DNA of 55,540 nt. Source: an uncultured Methanomicrobiales archaeon (GTDB lineage Archaea; Halobacteriota; Methanomicrobia; Methanomicrobiales; Methanospirillaceae). The notes beneath the pieces are model-generated. The model ran no database searches. It was not told where the DNA came from and saw only the letters and a program-made list of their open reading frames with translations. This document shows, piece after piece, positions 1 to 9,110 of this stretch. The position numbers were made by a program, and so were the translations under genes. The first letter of the stretch is position 1, and every line of letters starts with the position of its first letter. The stretch is taken from contig CAIJED010000340.1 of assembly GCA_903819595.1 (NCBI GenBank), positions 1 through 55,540 on the forward strand, given 5' to 3'.

Positions 1-340
1 TCAGGCGTGTATAGTGGCCTTTGATGATGAAGTCATGGGCACCGGCTTTCATTACAGAGATGGCCGTTTCCTCTCCCATTACCCCAGATACAACAATAAA
101 CGGGATCTTGATTTTCATCTCCTTCACGAGTTTTAATGCAGGCAATGCTCCAAAGTTGGGGATTGAATAGTCACAAAGAATGACATCCCATGTCTTATGT
201 TCCAGTGCAGCACGCATCTGGTGCTCAGTATCCACCAGTTCATAACGAACTTTCAGTCCTGTTTGGGTCATTTCATACACAAGCAGGTGCGCATCATCTG
301 GCGAATCTTCAACAATTAAAATATCAAGTTCACTACCCAT
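1..340 (-). CDS. CheY-like response-regulator receiver domain protein (3' end runs off the window)
   Basis: Own minus-strand translation from ATG 338-340: MGSELDILIVEDSPDDAHLLVYEMTQTGLKVRYELVDTEHQMRAALEHKTWDVILCDYSIPNFGALPALKLVKEMKIKIPFIVVSGVMGEETAISVMKAGAHDFIIKGHYTRL. It has the acidic pocket (VEDS), phospho-acceptor Asp (LCDYS), VVSG and KAGA receiver motifs. It is absent from the ORF track because no stop lies inside the window. Confidence 0.85.
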   Translation of the reverse strand, partial: MGSELDILIVEDSPDDAHLLVYEMTQTGLKVRYELVDTEHQMRAALEHKTWDVILCDYSIPNFGALPALKLVKEMKIKIPFIVVSGVMGEETAISVMKAGAHDFIIKGHYTRL

Positions 341-723
341 TTTCACACCTAATGTATCTCATAAATGTGAGATATTACAAAATACAGTTCAATAAAGCTT
401 TGTTCTTTCTCCTTTGTTCAGATGAACCGGTCCAACGGTAATCCCGGGTCAATCATCACATTATCATGTCACAAGAGAAAGACAGGGACCTTCATTCAAG
501 GTATGCATTACCTGGGGCCTTCCGAAAAACGGTATGAGACTGCGTTTGTCAGTCAACTTTCACGTGACCGTGAACGGCACATTGCCTTTATAAAAAAAAA
601 GGATCTTCCAAGAAATATCCGGTAAATCTTCATAGGAATGACTGGATTGTTATCAATACACTGAAAACGACTGTTCACGTAAAAGAGGCGAATGGGGCGA
701 TCAGTCGTTTTCAGGTATGATTC

Positions 724-1391
724 ATGATGTTACGAAACGAAAAAAAATTTAGAGGATGCCCTAATCATGCAAACTGGCAACCTAACCCCCTCCATCGCGT
801 CATCCGCCATGATATCAATAACCAGCTCACTCCATTAACAGGATATCTCGAAATACTCGAAGGTAGCCAACTCGATCCCCCACTGAATAAGTATATTCTC
901 AAGGCCACCACCACTGCATAGCGGATCTCTTCCATCATCCGGTTTACCAAAGAATACCAGAATATAGGTATCAATGCCCGTGTATGGCAGGACTGCCGCA
1001 CACTCGTAGATACTGCAGCAACAGAATCCCCTAGGAAAGGTCATGATTAATATCGATCTCCCTGCCGGTAAGGAAGTGTTTGCTGACCTGCTGATTTTCA
1101 AGGTCTGCGACAACCTTATGGACAATGCGGTACGGCGGAAAAATCACATCCATATGGTTTTATATTAAAAACCGTAATGGGGATCATGTCGCACCATGTG
1201 AGGACAACGGGAACGGTATCTTCGTAGAAGGAAAGGGGAAGTCCTTCGAACGTGGGTTCGGGTGGAATACCGGTCTTGCGTTGGCTATTTCCCGTGAGAT
1301 TCTCTCTATTACCGATAAAAGGATCAACGAAACCGGGGAATTTGGGAAAGGGGCAAGGTTTGAGATAGGCGTGCCGAACGGTGGATGGTGA
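724..1391 (+). pseudogene. Degraded histidine-kinase core (H-box plus HATPase_c) needing one stop read-through and two frame changes
   Basis: ORF 724-921 carries the H-box IRHDINNQLTPLTGYLEIL and ends at in-frame TAG 919-921. The same frame continues RISSIIRFTKEYQNIG. A second frame reads VMINIDLPAGKEVFADLLIFKVCDNLMDNAV. ORF 1125-1391 gives RYGGK..EDNGNGI..FERGFGWNTGLALAISREIL..GKGARFEIGVPNGGW. There is no sensor domain upstream. Confidence 0.75.
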
Positions 1392-1442
1392 TTCAAACCT
1401 TTGTGAAATGGTCGGGACTTTACATGCTGAAAATGAGAGTGG

Positions 1443-3218
1443 ATGATATATAGGTGCATTATGGATATCTCTAGGAAGACACTGCTAGTACTCAGTATCA
1501 CTTTTTTTGCACTTTTCTGTATAATCGCGGGGGTCTCGATGTTTCTGTATACTGATCAACTGGGGAGTCTTGAACAGCAGCAGGTAACAACAGATGTGAA
1601 AGAGGTAATTGGTGCCCTATCAAACGAGCAGGATGATCTTAGTAGTACGCTTCATGACTGGTCATACTGGGACGAAACGTATCAGTTCGCTCTTGATCAG
1701 AACCAGGATTATATTACACAAAATCTGGACGGAAAATCACTATCTGCAATCCGCGTTAATCTGTTTGTTGTGACTGATACCCAGGGAAACATTCTCTATG
1801 GGACCATAGTGGATCCGGTTACCGGTAGTGTAACTCCGATTCCTGACGATTTTAATCAGTTCCTCCCTCCAGACCACCCCTTCCTTAATCATACATCTCT
1901 ATCAGGGACGAATACCGGTATTCTCATTCTGCCAATGGGACCTATGATGGTCGCATCATCACCGGTGCTTAACAATAGGGGGGAAGGTCCCTCGTCTGGT
2001 GTCCTTGTTATGGGAAGGTCTTTAAATACTAGTGCATTTGCCCGTATCTCCCGAACTACGGGAAACCCTATATCCGCTCACTGGAACGGAGATATTAGTG
2101 CAGATGACCTTCAGGTATCACTCCTCAAACAAATGAACCCAAGTTCCACTGTAATCAGTATCCCCCGTAATGATACTATCATATCGGGATACACAGTGAT
2201 TAGCGATGTGAACGGCAAGAAAATTCTAATTGTTACTGACCTGCCACGGGATATCTACCAGAATGGTGCCGAGCTCATCCGAACGTATCTGGTACTCTTC
2301 GCTTTTGTAATACTCGTCACACTGTTTATTGTTCTGTTTACTATCGATAAGATCGTACTTAAACGGTTGAATTACCTGACAAATCGCGTCAGGAAGATAG
2401 GACAGGGTCATAATGATGATATGAGACCGGGACTAACCGGGAGCGATGAAATTTCTCTCCTTGAACAGGCAATCCTGACTGCACATACAGAACTAAAGAA
2501 GAGTGAGCAGGAATTAATGAAATTTTCAACGTCGCTCGCAATTGCGAACAAGAAACTCAACATCCTCTCCCAGCTGACTCGAAAAGACTTAACCAACCAG
2601 ATCTTTATCCTGAACAGTTATCTCGAACTGGTGAAAATTCAACTCACCGGACAGGACGAGATCATAGACACCCTGGAAAAAAGTGCTACAGCAGCCCGGT
2701 CAATTCGAGAGACCATCGAATATTCGAAAGATTACCAGGACATGGGCAGAAAACCCCCAGTATGGCAGAATGTTCAGACCGCGATGTTGCTCGGGCTCTC
2801 TCATCTGTCCATGGAAAACATCCGCCACAGCATTGAAACCCAAAACCTTGAAATCTATGCCGATCCCCAGTTGGAAAAGGTATGTCAGCGTCTTTTTGAG
2901 AATTCCATGATGCACGGGGACCATGTTACCTGTATCCGGGTCTGGTGCATGGCAACTCTGGATCGGGTCACTATTCTTTTTGAAGATGATGGCAGAGGCA
3001 TCCCGCAGGAGAAAAAGGAACAGATCTTTTTACGCGACGAGGGACCCCGTGCATCGATAGGGAATCTCATTTTTGTGAGGGAAATTCTTGATATCACCGG
3101 CATTACCATCAGGGAGACAGGCGATCCTACCAAAGGGGCGAGGTTTGAGATAGGGGTGCCGAACGGTGGATGGCGGAGGAATCCAGGTTCAGATCAGGGT
3201 CAGGGTGGAAACGAATGA
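1443..3218 (+). CDS. Membrane sensor histidine kinase with CHASE4-like extracytoplasmic domain and HAMP-like linker
   Basis: 591-aa ORF with an N-terminal TM helix and a DWSYWDETYQF signature recalled from CHASE4. A second TM (LVLFAFVILVTLFIVLF) is followed by a coiled linker and an H-box-like LTRKDLTNQIFILNSYLEL. HATPase_c boxes are present (FEDDGRGIP, GARFEIGVPNGGW). An alternative ATG lies at 1461. Confidence 0.85.
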   Translation: MIYRCIMDISRKTLLVLSITFFALFCIIAGVSMFLYTDQLGSLEQQQVTTDVKEVIGALSNEQDDLSSTLHDWSYWDETYQFALDQNQDYITQNLDGKSLSAIRVNLFVVTDTQGNILYGTIVDPVTGSVTPIPDDFNQFLPPDHPFLNHTSLSGTNTGILILPMGPMMVASSPVLNNRGEGPSSGVLVMGRSLNTSAFARISRTTGNPISAHWNGDISADDLQVSLLKQMNPSSTVISIPRNDTIISGYTVISDVNGKKILIVTDLPRDIYQNGAELIRTYLVLFAFVILVTLFIVLFTIDKIVLKRLNYLTNRVRKIGQGHNDDMRPGLTGSDEISLLEQAILTAHTELKKSEQELMKFSTSLAIANKKLNILSQLTRKDLTNQIFILNSYLELVKIQLTGQDEIIDTLEKSATAARSIRETIEYSKDYQDMGRKPPVWQNVQTAMLLGLSHLSMENIRHSIETQNLEIYADPQLEKVCQRLFENSMMHGDHVTCIRVWCMATLDRVTILFEDDGRGIPQEKKEQIFLRDEGPRASIGNLIFVREILDITGITIRETGDPTKGARFEIGVPNGGWRRNPGSDQGQGGNE

Positions 3219-3617
3219 AACCGGTGATTGACTCACCTCTCTTCATAAACTTCAACCTTGTAGTGACAGGGATGATCTGCGTTCAGCCGGTACCCGGGTA
3301 TGGGTAAGTGGGAACCCCAGCAAAGAATCAGGCATGGGAGCAAGTACTGAGTATCCCGCACGGGTGGGGAAGATCCATTATGGGGGTAAAAGATGGATCG
3401 GCTTTTTGTTCAACGCGAAATAGGATTTCATCATCGCTTTTCCTAAACAGGCAATAATACTGGTAAAATGGAACGGTTCTGCATATCGGAGACCATTTTT
3501 TTAATGATCTAAAGTTCATCACGTCGTATAGTAATAAGAATTCAGACAACTAATCAACGCTCTTGATGATGGCTGCATTATCCATTTAAGTCCACAAGGT
3601 TGACGATGAGTAAAACC

Positions 3618-3875
3618 TTACCAGAGGATGAGAGGTCTACGGGGTATTGAGATCTTCCAATTAGAGAAGTCAATCAGGTCCGGCTCATAATTCCGCTCCT
3701 CAATAAAATACCGGTTTGCCAAAGTCTCAAATTTCACTGTATCTTCATCGGTAATTCTTTTTGCTTTCCATGCCAACCCATAAATGAATGGTAGGAAGGC
3801 AAGCACACCAGACTGATAGCTCGATCTTATTGAGGACCCGGAATACTGGTTCGAGAACTGTTCTATCCGTGGCAT
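3618..3875 (-). CDS. Hypothetical 85-aa ORF in an AT-rich patch; possibly the N-terminal remnant of an integrase-like gene
   Basis: This is the only sizeable ORF in the AT-rich 3.3-3.9 kb patch. SSIRSSYQSGVLAFLPFIYG loosely recalls the N-terminal SAM-like domain of tyrosine recombinases. No catalytic domain follows. Confidence 0.3.
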   Translation of the reverse strand: MPRIEQFSNQYSGSSIRSSYQSGVLAFLPFIYGLAWKAKRITDEDTVKFETLANRYFIEERNYEPDLIDFSNWKISIPRRPLILW

Positions 3876-3924
3876 GCGTGTTGAATGACTTACCCTCTAA
3901 TAAGATTTATCCAATTTCTACCAC

Positions 3925-6687
3925 ATGGATGTGCCTTTAATGCTCGAAGAAGAATACCAGCTCGATTATTTTAAACAGAATGGGCTTGTCAGGAAGGTCT
4001 GTACGAAGTGCGGTTCTGCGTTCTGGACACGTGACCCTTCCTGCGGGACCTGTGGCGACGCTCCCTGCGAACCGTACAGTTTTATTGGAAATCCGGTGTT
4101 CCGGCGGCATTCCATGGACGAGATGAGGGAGGCGTACCTCTCGTTCTTCGAAAGAAACGGGCATAAACGGATTGAACGGTACCCGGTGGTGGCACGGTGG
4201 AGGGATGATATCTACCTCACCATCGCCTCAATTGCTGATTTCCAGCCGTATGTTACATCGGGGATCGTCCCCCCGCCGGCCAACCCGCTCACGATTTCAC
4301 AGCCTTGTATCAGGTTAAACGACCTGGATTCAGTCGGCCGGTCGGGCAGGCACTTAACCCAGTTCGAGATGATGGCACACCACGCATTCAACAGCCAGGA
4401 GACGGAGATATACTGGAAAGACCGCACGGTCGAACTCTGTGACGAATTCATCAAATCCATTGGGGGAGACCTGAACAAGGTCACGTACAAGGAACACCCG
4501 TGGATTGGCGGGGGAAATGCGGGACCGAGTGTCGAGGTGCTGATCGGTGGCCTCGAAGTCGGAACCCTGGTATTCATGAACCTCGGGCGACACAAGACGG
4601 ACGCCCCCGGGATCGACCTGAACGGGGAGATGTATTACCCGATGAAGAACCGGATCGTCGATACCGGGTACGGGCTTGAGCGGTTTGTCTGGGCGTCCCG
4701 CGGTTCCCCGACTATCTACGACGCCGTATTCCCGGAAATGGTCTCACAGGTGATGGAAGCGGCAGGAATGGAACACCTGCTCAACGATTCAGAATATACC
4801 AAAATCCTCTCCCTCAATGCAAAGTATGCCGGCCTGCTCGGTGATATATCGGGTGCAAACTTATTCCAGCTCCGGAACAAGGTCGCCTCTGCCATTAATG
4901 TCCCCCCCGACAAGCTCGACCGCATGATCTCGCCGATTGAGAAGGTCTATGCAATTGTGGACCATACCCGCTGTCTCGCCTACATGCTCGGCGACTGTAT
5001 CGTCCCGTCCAATGTCCGGGAAGGGTACCTCGCACGGCTTGTGATCAGGAGGACGCTGCGGATGATGCACGACCTGAACATCCGGGATGGGCTGGCCGAC
5101 CTCGTAGAAGAACAGATCAAAATTATCGGCCCCCGGCAGTTTGAACAGGATATTCTGGTGACCCGGGAGATCATCGACCGTGAAGTGGAGAAATATTCCC
5201 ATACCCTCGAACGCGGTTCAAAGATTGTCCAGAGAGTGGCCCGTACGTACAAGGCCAAGTCAGAACGGGTACCCCTGAAGGAGGTCATCACGCTCTATGA
5301 TTCCCATGGGATTCCGCCGGACATGATCAAGGAGATTGCGCAGAAGGAAGGTGCCGTCGTTGATATGCCAGACAACTTCTACTCCCATATTGCGGACATG
5401 CACTCAGAATCCGAGGTCGAAGAAGTAAAAGACCCGTTCGCAAAGTACCAGTCCCGTATCAGGGGTCTGCCTGCCACCAGGAAGCTCTACTACGATCAGC
5501 CGTGCAATACCGAGTTCGAAGCAGTTGTGATCGATTTCTTTGACGGGTTTGTTGTGATGGACCAGACCCTCTTCTACCCGGAAGGAGGTGGCCAGCCTGC
5601 CGACAGCGGGATGCTCATTGCCCAGGAGAACATGGCCCGGGTGAACGGGGTCGTCAAGATCGGCGATGTGGTCCTCCATAAACTGGAGGGAGGCATTCTC
5701 AGGCGGGGAGACCATGTAAAAGGGATTGTCGACGAAGATCGACGCTGGTCATTAATGCGCCACCATACCGCCACCCACCTGCTGCTCCGGGCGTCGAAAG
5801 ATGTCCTCGGCGCCCATATTCACCAGGCAGGTGCACAAAAGGGGGTTGAGAGTTCGAGGATCGACATCCGTCATTTCAGGCATATCACGATTGACGAACT
5901 GCATAAAATAGAGATGGCGGCCAACCGGATGGTCCTTGCCGATACCTGTGTCGATATCCGGTTCGAGGACCGTGTCAGGGCCGAGCAGTCCTATGGTTTT
6001 TCCCTCTACCAGGGCGGCGTACCACCGGGCAGGGAGCTCCGGATTGTGTCCGTTGCCGGTGATGTCGAGGCCTGCGCCGGGACCCACTGTATGAGCACAG
6101 GGCAGATCGGTATGATCAAGATCATGCGGGTCGAGCATATCCAGGACGGGATCGAACGCCTGGAATTCTCAGCCGGGCTTGCGGCCCTTGCCTGGGTAGA
6201 CCACCTCGAAGAGTTGGTGAACAGTTCAGCGGGTGTCTTTTCAGTTCAGCAGGAGAACCTGCCTGCGACATCGCAACGGTTCTTTGGTGAGTGGAAAGAT
6301 CTGCGAAAGGAAAATGAAAAACTCATCCAGAGACTTGTTGAACTTGAGACTGCACAAATCCAGCCGGAAATCATTAACGGGGTGCAGGTCGTTGTCAGGC
6401 GCCTCGATCTCCCGGCAAAGGATCTGCTGGCCATCGCCACATCGGTATCAGCGAAGGGGGGCGTTGCCTTCTTCCTCTCAAAAACCGGCGACCGAATCGA
6501 TGCGGTCATATCTTCGGGGACCGCAGCAGTGAATGCCGGCGAGATCATCGGACAGGTCACCGGGCTCCTCGGTGGGAAAGGCGGAGGGTCACCTGCCCTT
6601 GGACGAGGCGGCGGACCTGCCATCGGGCAGATGGAACTTGCCCTGAAGGTCGGCCGTGAGAGGGTGACGGCCGCACTTAAAAGTTGA
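3925..6687 (+). CDS. alaS: Alanine--tRNA ligase, archaeal type
   Basis: 920-aa ORF with the N-terminal Cys-rich motif KVCTKCGSAFWTRDPSCGTCGD typical of archaeal AlaRS. It has an editing-domain HTATHLL...CAGTHC Zn motif and a C-terminal DHHA1-like GGKGGGSP. An alternative start lies at the MLEEEY Met. Confidence 0.95.
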   Translation: MDVPLMLEEEYQLDYFKQNGLVRKVCTKCGSAFWTRDPSCGTCGDAPCEPYSFIGNPVFRRHSMDEMREAYLSFFERNGHKRIERYPVVARWRDDIYLTIASIADFQPYVTSGIVPPPANPLTISQPCIRLNDLDSVGRSGRHLTQFEMMAHHAFNSQETEIYWKDRTVELCDEFIKSIGGDLNKVTYKEHPWIGGGNAGPSVEVLIGGLEVGTLVFMNLGRHKTDAPGIDLNGEMYYPMKNRIVDTGYGLERFVWASRGSPTIYDAVFPEMVSQVMEAAGMEHLLNDSEYTKILSLNAKYAGLLGDISGANLFQLRNKVASAINVPPDKLDRMISPIEKVYAIVDHTRCLAYMLGDCIVPSNVREGYLARLVIRRTLRMMHDLNIRDGLADLVEEQIKIIGPRQFEQDILVTREIIDREVEKYSHTLERGSKIVQRVARTYKAKSERVPLKEVITLYDSHGIPPDMIKEIAQKEGAVVDMPDNFYSHIADMHSESEVEEVKDPFAKYQSRIRGLPATRKLYYDQPCNTEFEAVVIDFFDGFVVMDQTLFYPEGGGQPADSGMLIAQENMARVNGVVKIGDVVLHKLEGGILRRGDHVKGIVDEDRRWSLMRHHTATHLLLRASKDVLGAHIHQAGAQKGVESSRIDIRHFRHITIDELHKIEMAANRMVLADTCVDIRFEDRVRAEQSYGFSLYQGGVPPGRELRIVSVAGDVEACAGTHCMSTGQIGMIKIMRVEHIQDGIERLEFSAGLAALAWVDHLEELVNSSAGVFSVQQENLPATSQRFFGEWKDLRKENEKLIQRLVELETAQIQPEIINGVQVVVRRLDLPAKDLLAIATSVSAKGGVAFFLSKTGDRIDAVISSGTAAVNAGEIIGQVTGLLGGKGGGSPALGRGGGPAIGQMELALKVGRERVTAALKS

Positions 6688-6693
6688 ATCTGC

Positions 6694-7500
6694 ATGATGC
6701 CGGACAACACGATACCTGCAGAAAATGGTCCCGGTGAGACCGGAACGGAACCGCTTCCGAACGTTCGGGGGGTGATCATCCTCGAACCTGGTGGTGAGCA
6801 GGCACAGAAGATCGCGAAGGCGATGGGAAGCCAGACCGCAGGTGATATACTCCAGCTCCTCAAGAGCGGGCCGAAGACATCTACCGAGGTGACCGACCAG
6901 CTCGCAATTCCCATGGGCACGGCGAAGTACCATATCGAAAACCTCCTCGATGCCGGCCTGATAGAGGTTACAAGGACAAAATACAGCGTGAAAGGGAGGG
7001 AGGTCAAGGTGTACGGCCTCAGGGACCAGCTGCTGATCGTTACGCCAGCGGTGGCAAATGTACGGGCACTCCTCCTGAAGTACGCGTCCCTCTTTGGAGT
7101 GGTGGCGGTCGCCACGGTGGTGATCGGTGCAGTCCTGCAGGTACTCTCACTGTCAGGGAGCGCTCCATCATTGAACGCAGAGTTGAAAAAATCAGGGATT
7201 TCTGACCTGGTACCCACCGCTCTGTCAGCCCCGTTCCCGGCAGGGACTGCCGGACCGCATGATATGGGGCTTGTTGCAGAGAACGGGTCACGTGCATTGA
7301 ATATGAAGGAGATGGTCACCGGCATGGTCCCGTCCCCCACGTCTGATGCTGTCTATTCCCAGGTACAGGTGCAGGTAAATGCACCGGCATCATTCCCTCT
7401 CCAGGAAGTCCTTATCGCTTTTTTTCTCGGCGGATGCCTGGTCATTGCGGTGCTCGTCCTCTATGATCTGGCCAGGCGGCGAAAACGCAGGCTAACCTGA
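6694..7500 (+). CDS. ArsR-type winged-helix regulator with C-terminal membrane anchor
   Basis: The wHTH segment is IAKAMGSQTAGDILQLLKSGPKTSTEVTDQLAIPMGTAKYHIENLLDAGLIEVTR. Hydrophobic helices follow (LFGVVAVATVVIGAVLQVL and LIAFFLGGCLVIAVLVLY), then RRRKRR. The gene starts 7 nt after the alaS stop. Confidence 0.75.
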   Translation: MMPDNTIPAENGPGETGTEPLPNVRGVIILEPGGEQAQKIAKAMGSQTAGDILQLLKSGPKTSTEVTDQLAIPMGTAKYHIENLLDAGLIEVTRTKYSVKGREVKVYGLRDQLLIVTPAVANVRALLLKYASLFGVVAVATVVIGAVLQVLSLSGSAPSLNAELKKSGISDLVPTALSAPFPAGTAGPHDMGLVAENGSRALNMKEMVTGMVPSPTSDAVYSQVQVQVNAPASFPLQEVLIAFFLGGCLVIAVLVLYDLARRRKRRLT

Positions 7501-8076
7501 CGCATTTTCTATTTCCCCTGTTATTATTGCCCGGAAACGGTATCATCGGGTTCAGGCACGGGACACGGGGAATCCAATGCCGGTCCAGCCTCTAAAACAG
7601 CCATTTTCCCGCCTCGCTATTCCAGCAATACAGCAGGTATCATCACCTGAGCCACTCATTGCCTGACCCCGTCCGGCAGGTGCCCTGATTTTTGGTTGGT
7701 ACGCGTCGAATTCACCCCTGTTTCTAAAAATATTACGATTACGGCTACTTTTAGAAATAAGCCTGATTCAACCGTATTGCACTGGGATCCACGCCCATAA
7801 CGGGTCCTGAATAACGATACACGCCGGGGCCCGGAAGAGGCATGACCCTGTACCCGTTTTACGAGGCTGCCATGAATTTCCTATTTGTCGCAGCCTGAAA
7901 ATTCAGACCGATACGTATGCGACATTTGAACAATGTCATCCTGGTACGTGGCAAGTGGCGGTAAAGGGGCTTGCTAGGTCCGGCGCCTCAATGGTCCTGA
8001 TATGGAAAGATGTCGCCCATCCGGGTGAAAAAAAGGTATTCGGGAAATCTTGGTGACATTCTCATTTATTTACCCG

Positions 8077-8907
8077 TTATTTTTTCCGAAGTGCGAGATA
8101 CCCGGTTACACCCAGGCCTGCGATGATCCCGGCGACCGGTGCACCGGACTGGGTGGTGGTTGGGACCTGGGTCTTTGTCTGCACTGGCCGGGGGGTGGTC
8201 GGAGTCGGTGTGAATACAATGGTCCCTTCCGTCGTAACGACCGGGACCGGGGTCGCCATGACTGTCACGCCGAATGTCTGGCCCCCGATATACCCGGTAC
8301 TGTCTGAAAACCGCGCGTTATAGTTACCAGGCTCGCTGACCGGGATATTTTGTGAGAAGTACCCGTCTTCGCTCCCGCTCCGGGCTGCAGTTCCGATATA
8401 TGCCGGTCCGAATGCCTTCCCTAAAGGACCGATCACATCGAGTTTTACCCCTGAATTACCTGCCTTTGAAATATACCCTTCAATAAGGAGTGCATTAGGG
8501 ACAACCTGGTTGACCGGGCTGGTAATATGGAGCATATCCGAGCGGTCGATCAGCTCGACCACCCGGATCGTAATGGAATCCGAGCTGAGCTTCGACTGGT
8601 AATCACCACGGGGTACGGCTTCTACCTTGTACATGCCGCCTTTCAGGCCGGTTGTCTCGAAAACAACGTTAAAACTTTTATCATCCCCGACCGTCACCGG
8701 AATCGTGCTGATGGTGGATGAGGTCTGGCCGGAGCTCGAAAATGAAAGGTCAACCGTAGTGCCTGCCGTAAACGTGGTCTTGCCCATGACGGTGAGAGGT
8801 GCACCGATTGGGAGCTTCCCGGGACAGTCGATCGTCAGCATGTAAGCTGATGCGACTCCTACAAGCAGGAACATCGCGAGCAATACCATTATTGCAATCT
8901 TTTTCAT
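8077..8907 (-). CDS. Secreted surface protein with Thr/Pro-rich stalk and archaeosortase-type (PGF-CTERM-like) C-terminal anchor
   Basis: The signal peptide is MKKIAIMVLLAMFLLVGVASA. Two beta-rich modules follow, then a TPTPTTPRPVQTKTQVPTTTQ linker, a hydrophobic APVAGIIAGLGVTGYLAL segment and a basic RKK end. Confidence 0.7.
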   Translation of the reverse strand: MKKIAIMVLLAMFLLVGVASAYMLTIDCPGKLPIGAPLTVMGKTTFTAGTTVDLSFSSSGQTSSTISTIPVTVGDDKSFNVVFETTGLKGGMYKVEAVPRGDYQSKLSSDSITIRVVELIDRSDMLHITSPVNQVVPNALLIEGYISKAGNSGVKLDVIGPLGKAFGPAYIGTAARSGSEDGYFSQNIPVSEPGNYNARFSDSTGYIGGQTFGVTVMATPVPVVTTEGTIVFTPTPTTPRPVQTKTQVPTTTQSGAPVAGIIAGLGVTGYLALRKK

Positions 8908-9110
8908 GCTGATCAGGTGGCGGGTATAAGGGTAAATGGTTTCTGGAGACGCCAGATTTTTTGCACCCAGCGGTTTAGGGTTTTTTAAAACGATGAAAAA
9001 TTTTCAGGCTGCCTGCCGGGGACCGAGGGGAGCATCACGCCAAAATTCAGGCTGGCAACAGACCCAGGGCTCATCGTGATGCTGATTCCCGGCTGACCCG
9101 GAGTGCAGGG

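Noticed and set aside
919-921. The in-frame TAG in the kinase fragment might encode pyrrolysine
   Set aside because: The same gene also needs two frameshifts to be read and lacks a sensor domain. No pyl genes occur in the window. Plain pseudogenisation is the simpler explanation.
6246-7340. 364-aa minus-strand ORF spanning the alaS end and the ArsR-like gene
   Set aside because: It is antisense to two well-supported genes. It is extremely Pro/Ser/Ala/Arg-rich with no motifs, which is typical of a shadow ORF in GC-rich coding DNA.
7821-7850. GGCCCGGAAGAGGCA resembles the SRP RNA helix-8 GGAA/AGCA region
   Set aside because: The conserved AGCA partner and the surrounding helix-8 pairing are absent, and no Alu-domain-like 5' region was seen. 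The locus is kept only as part of the generic ncRNA-candidate spacer.
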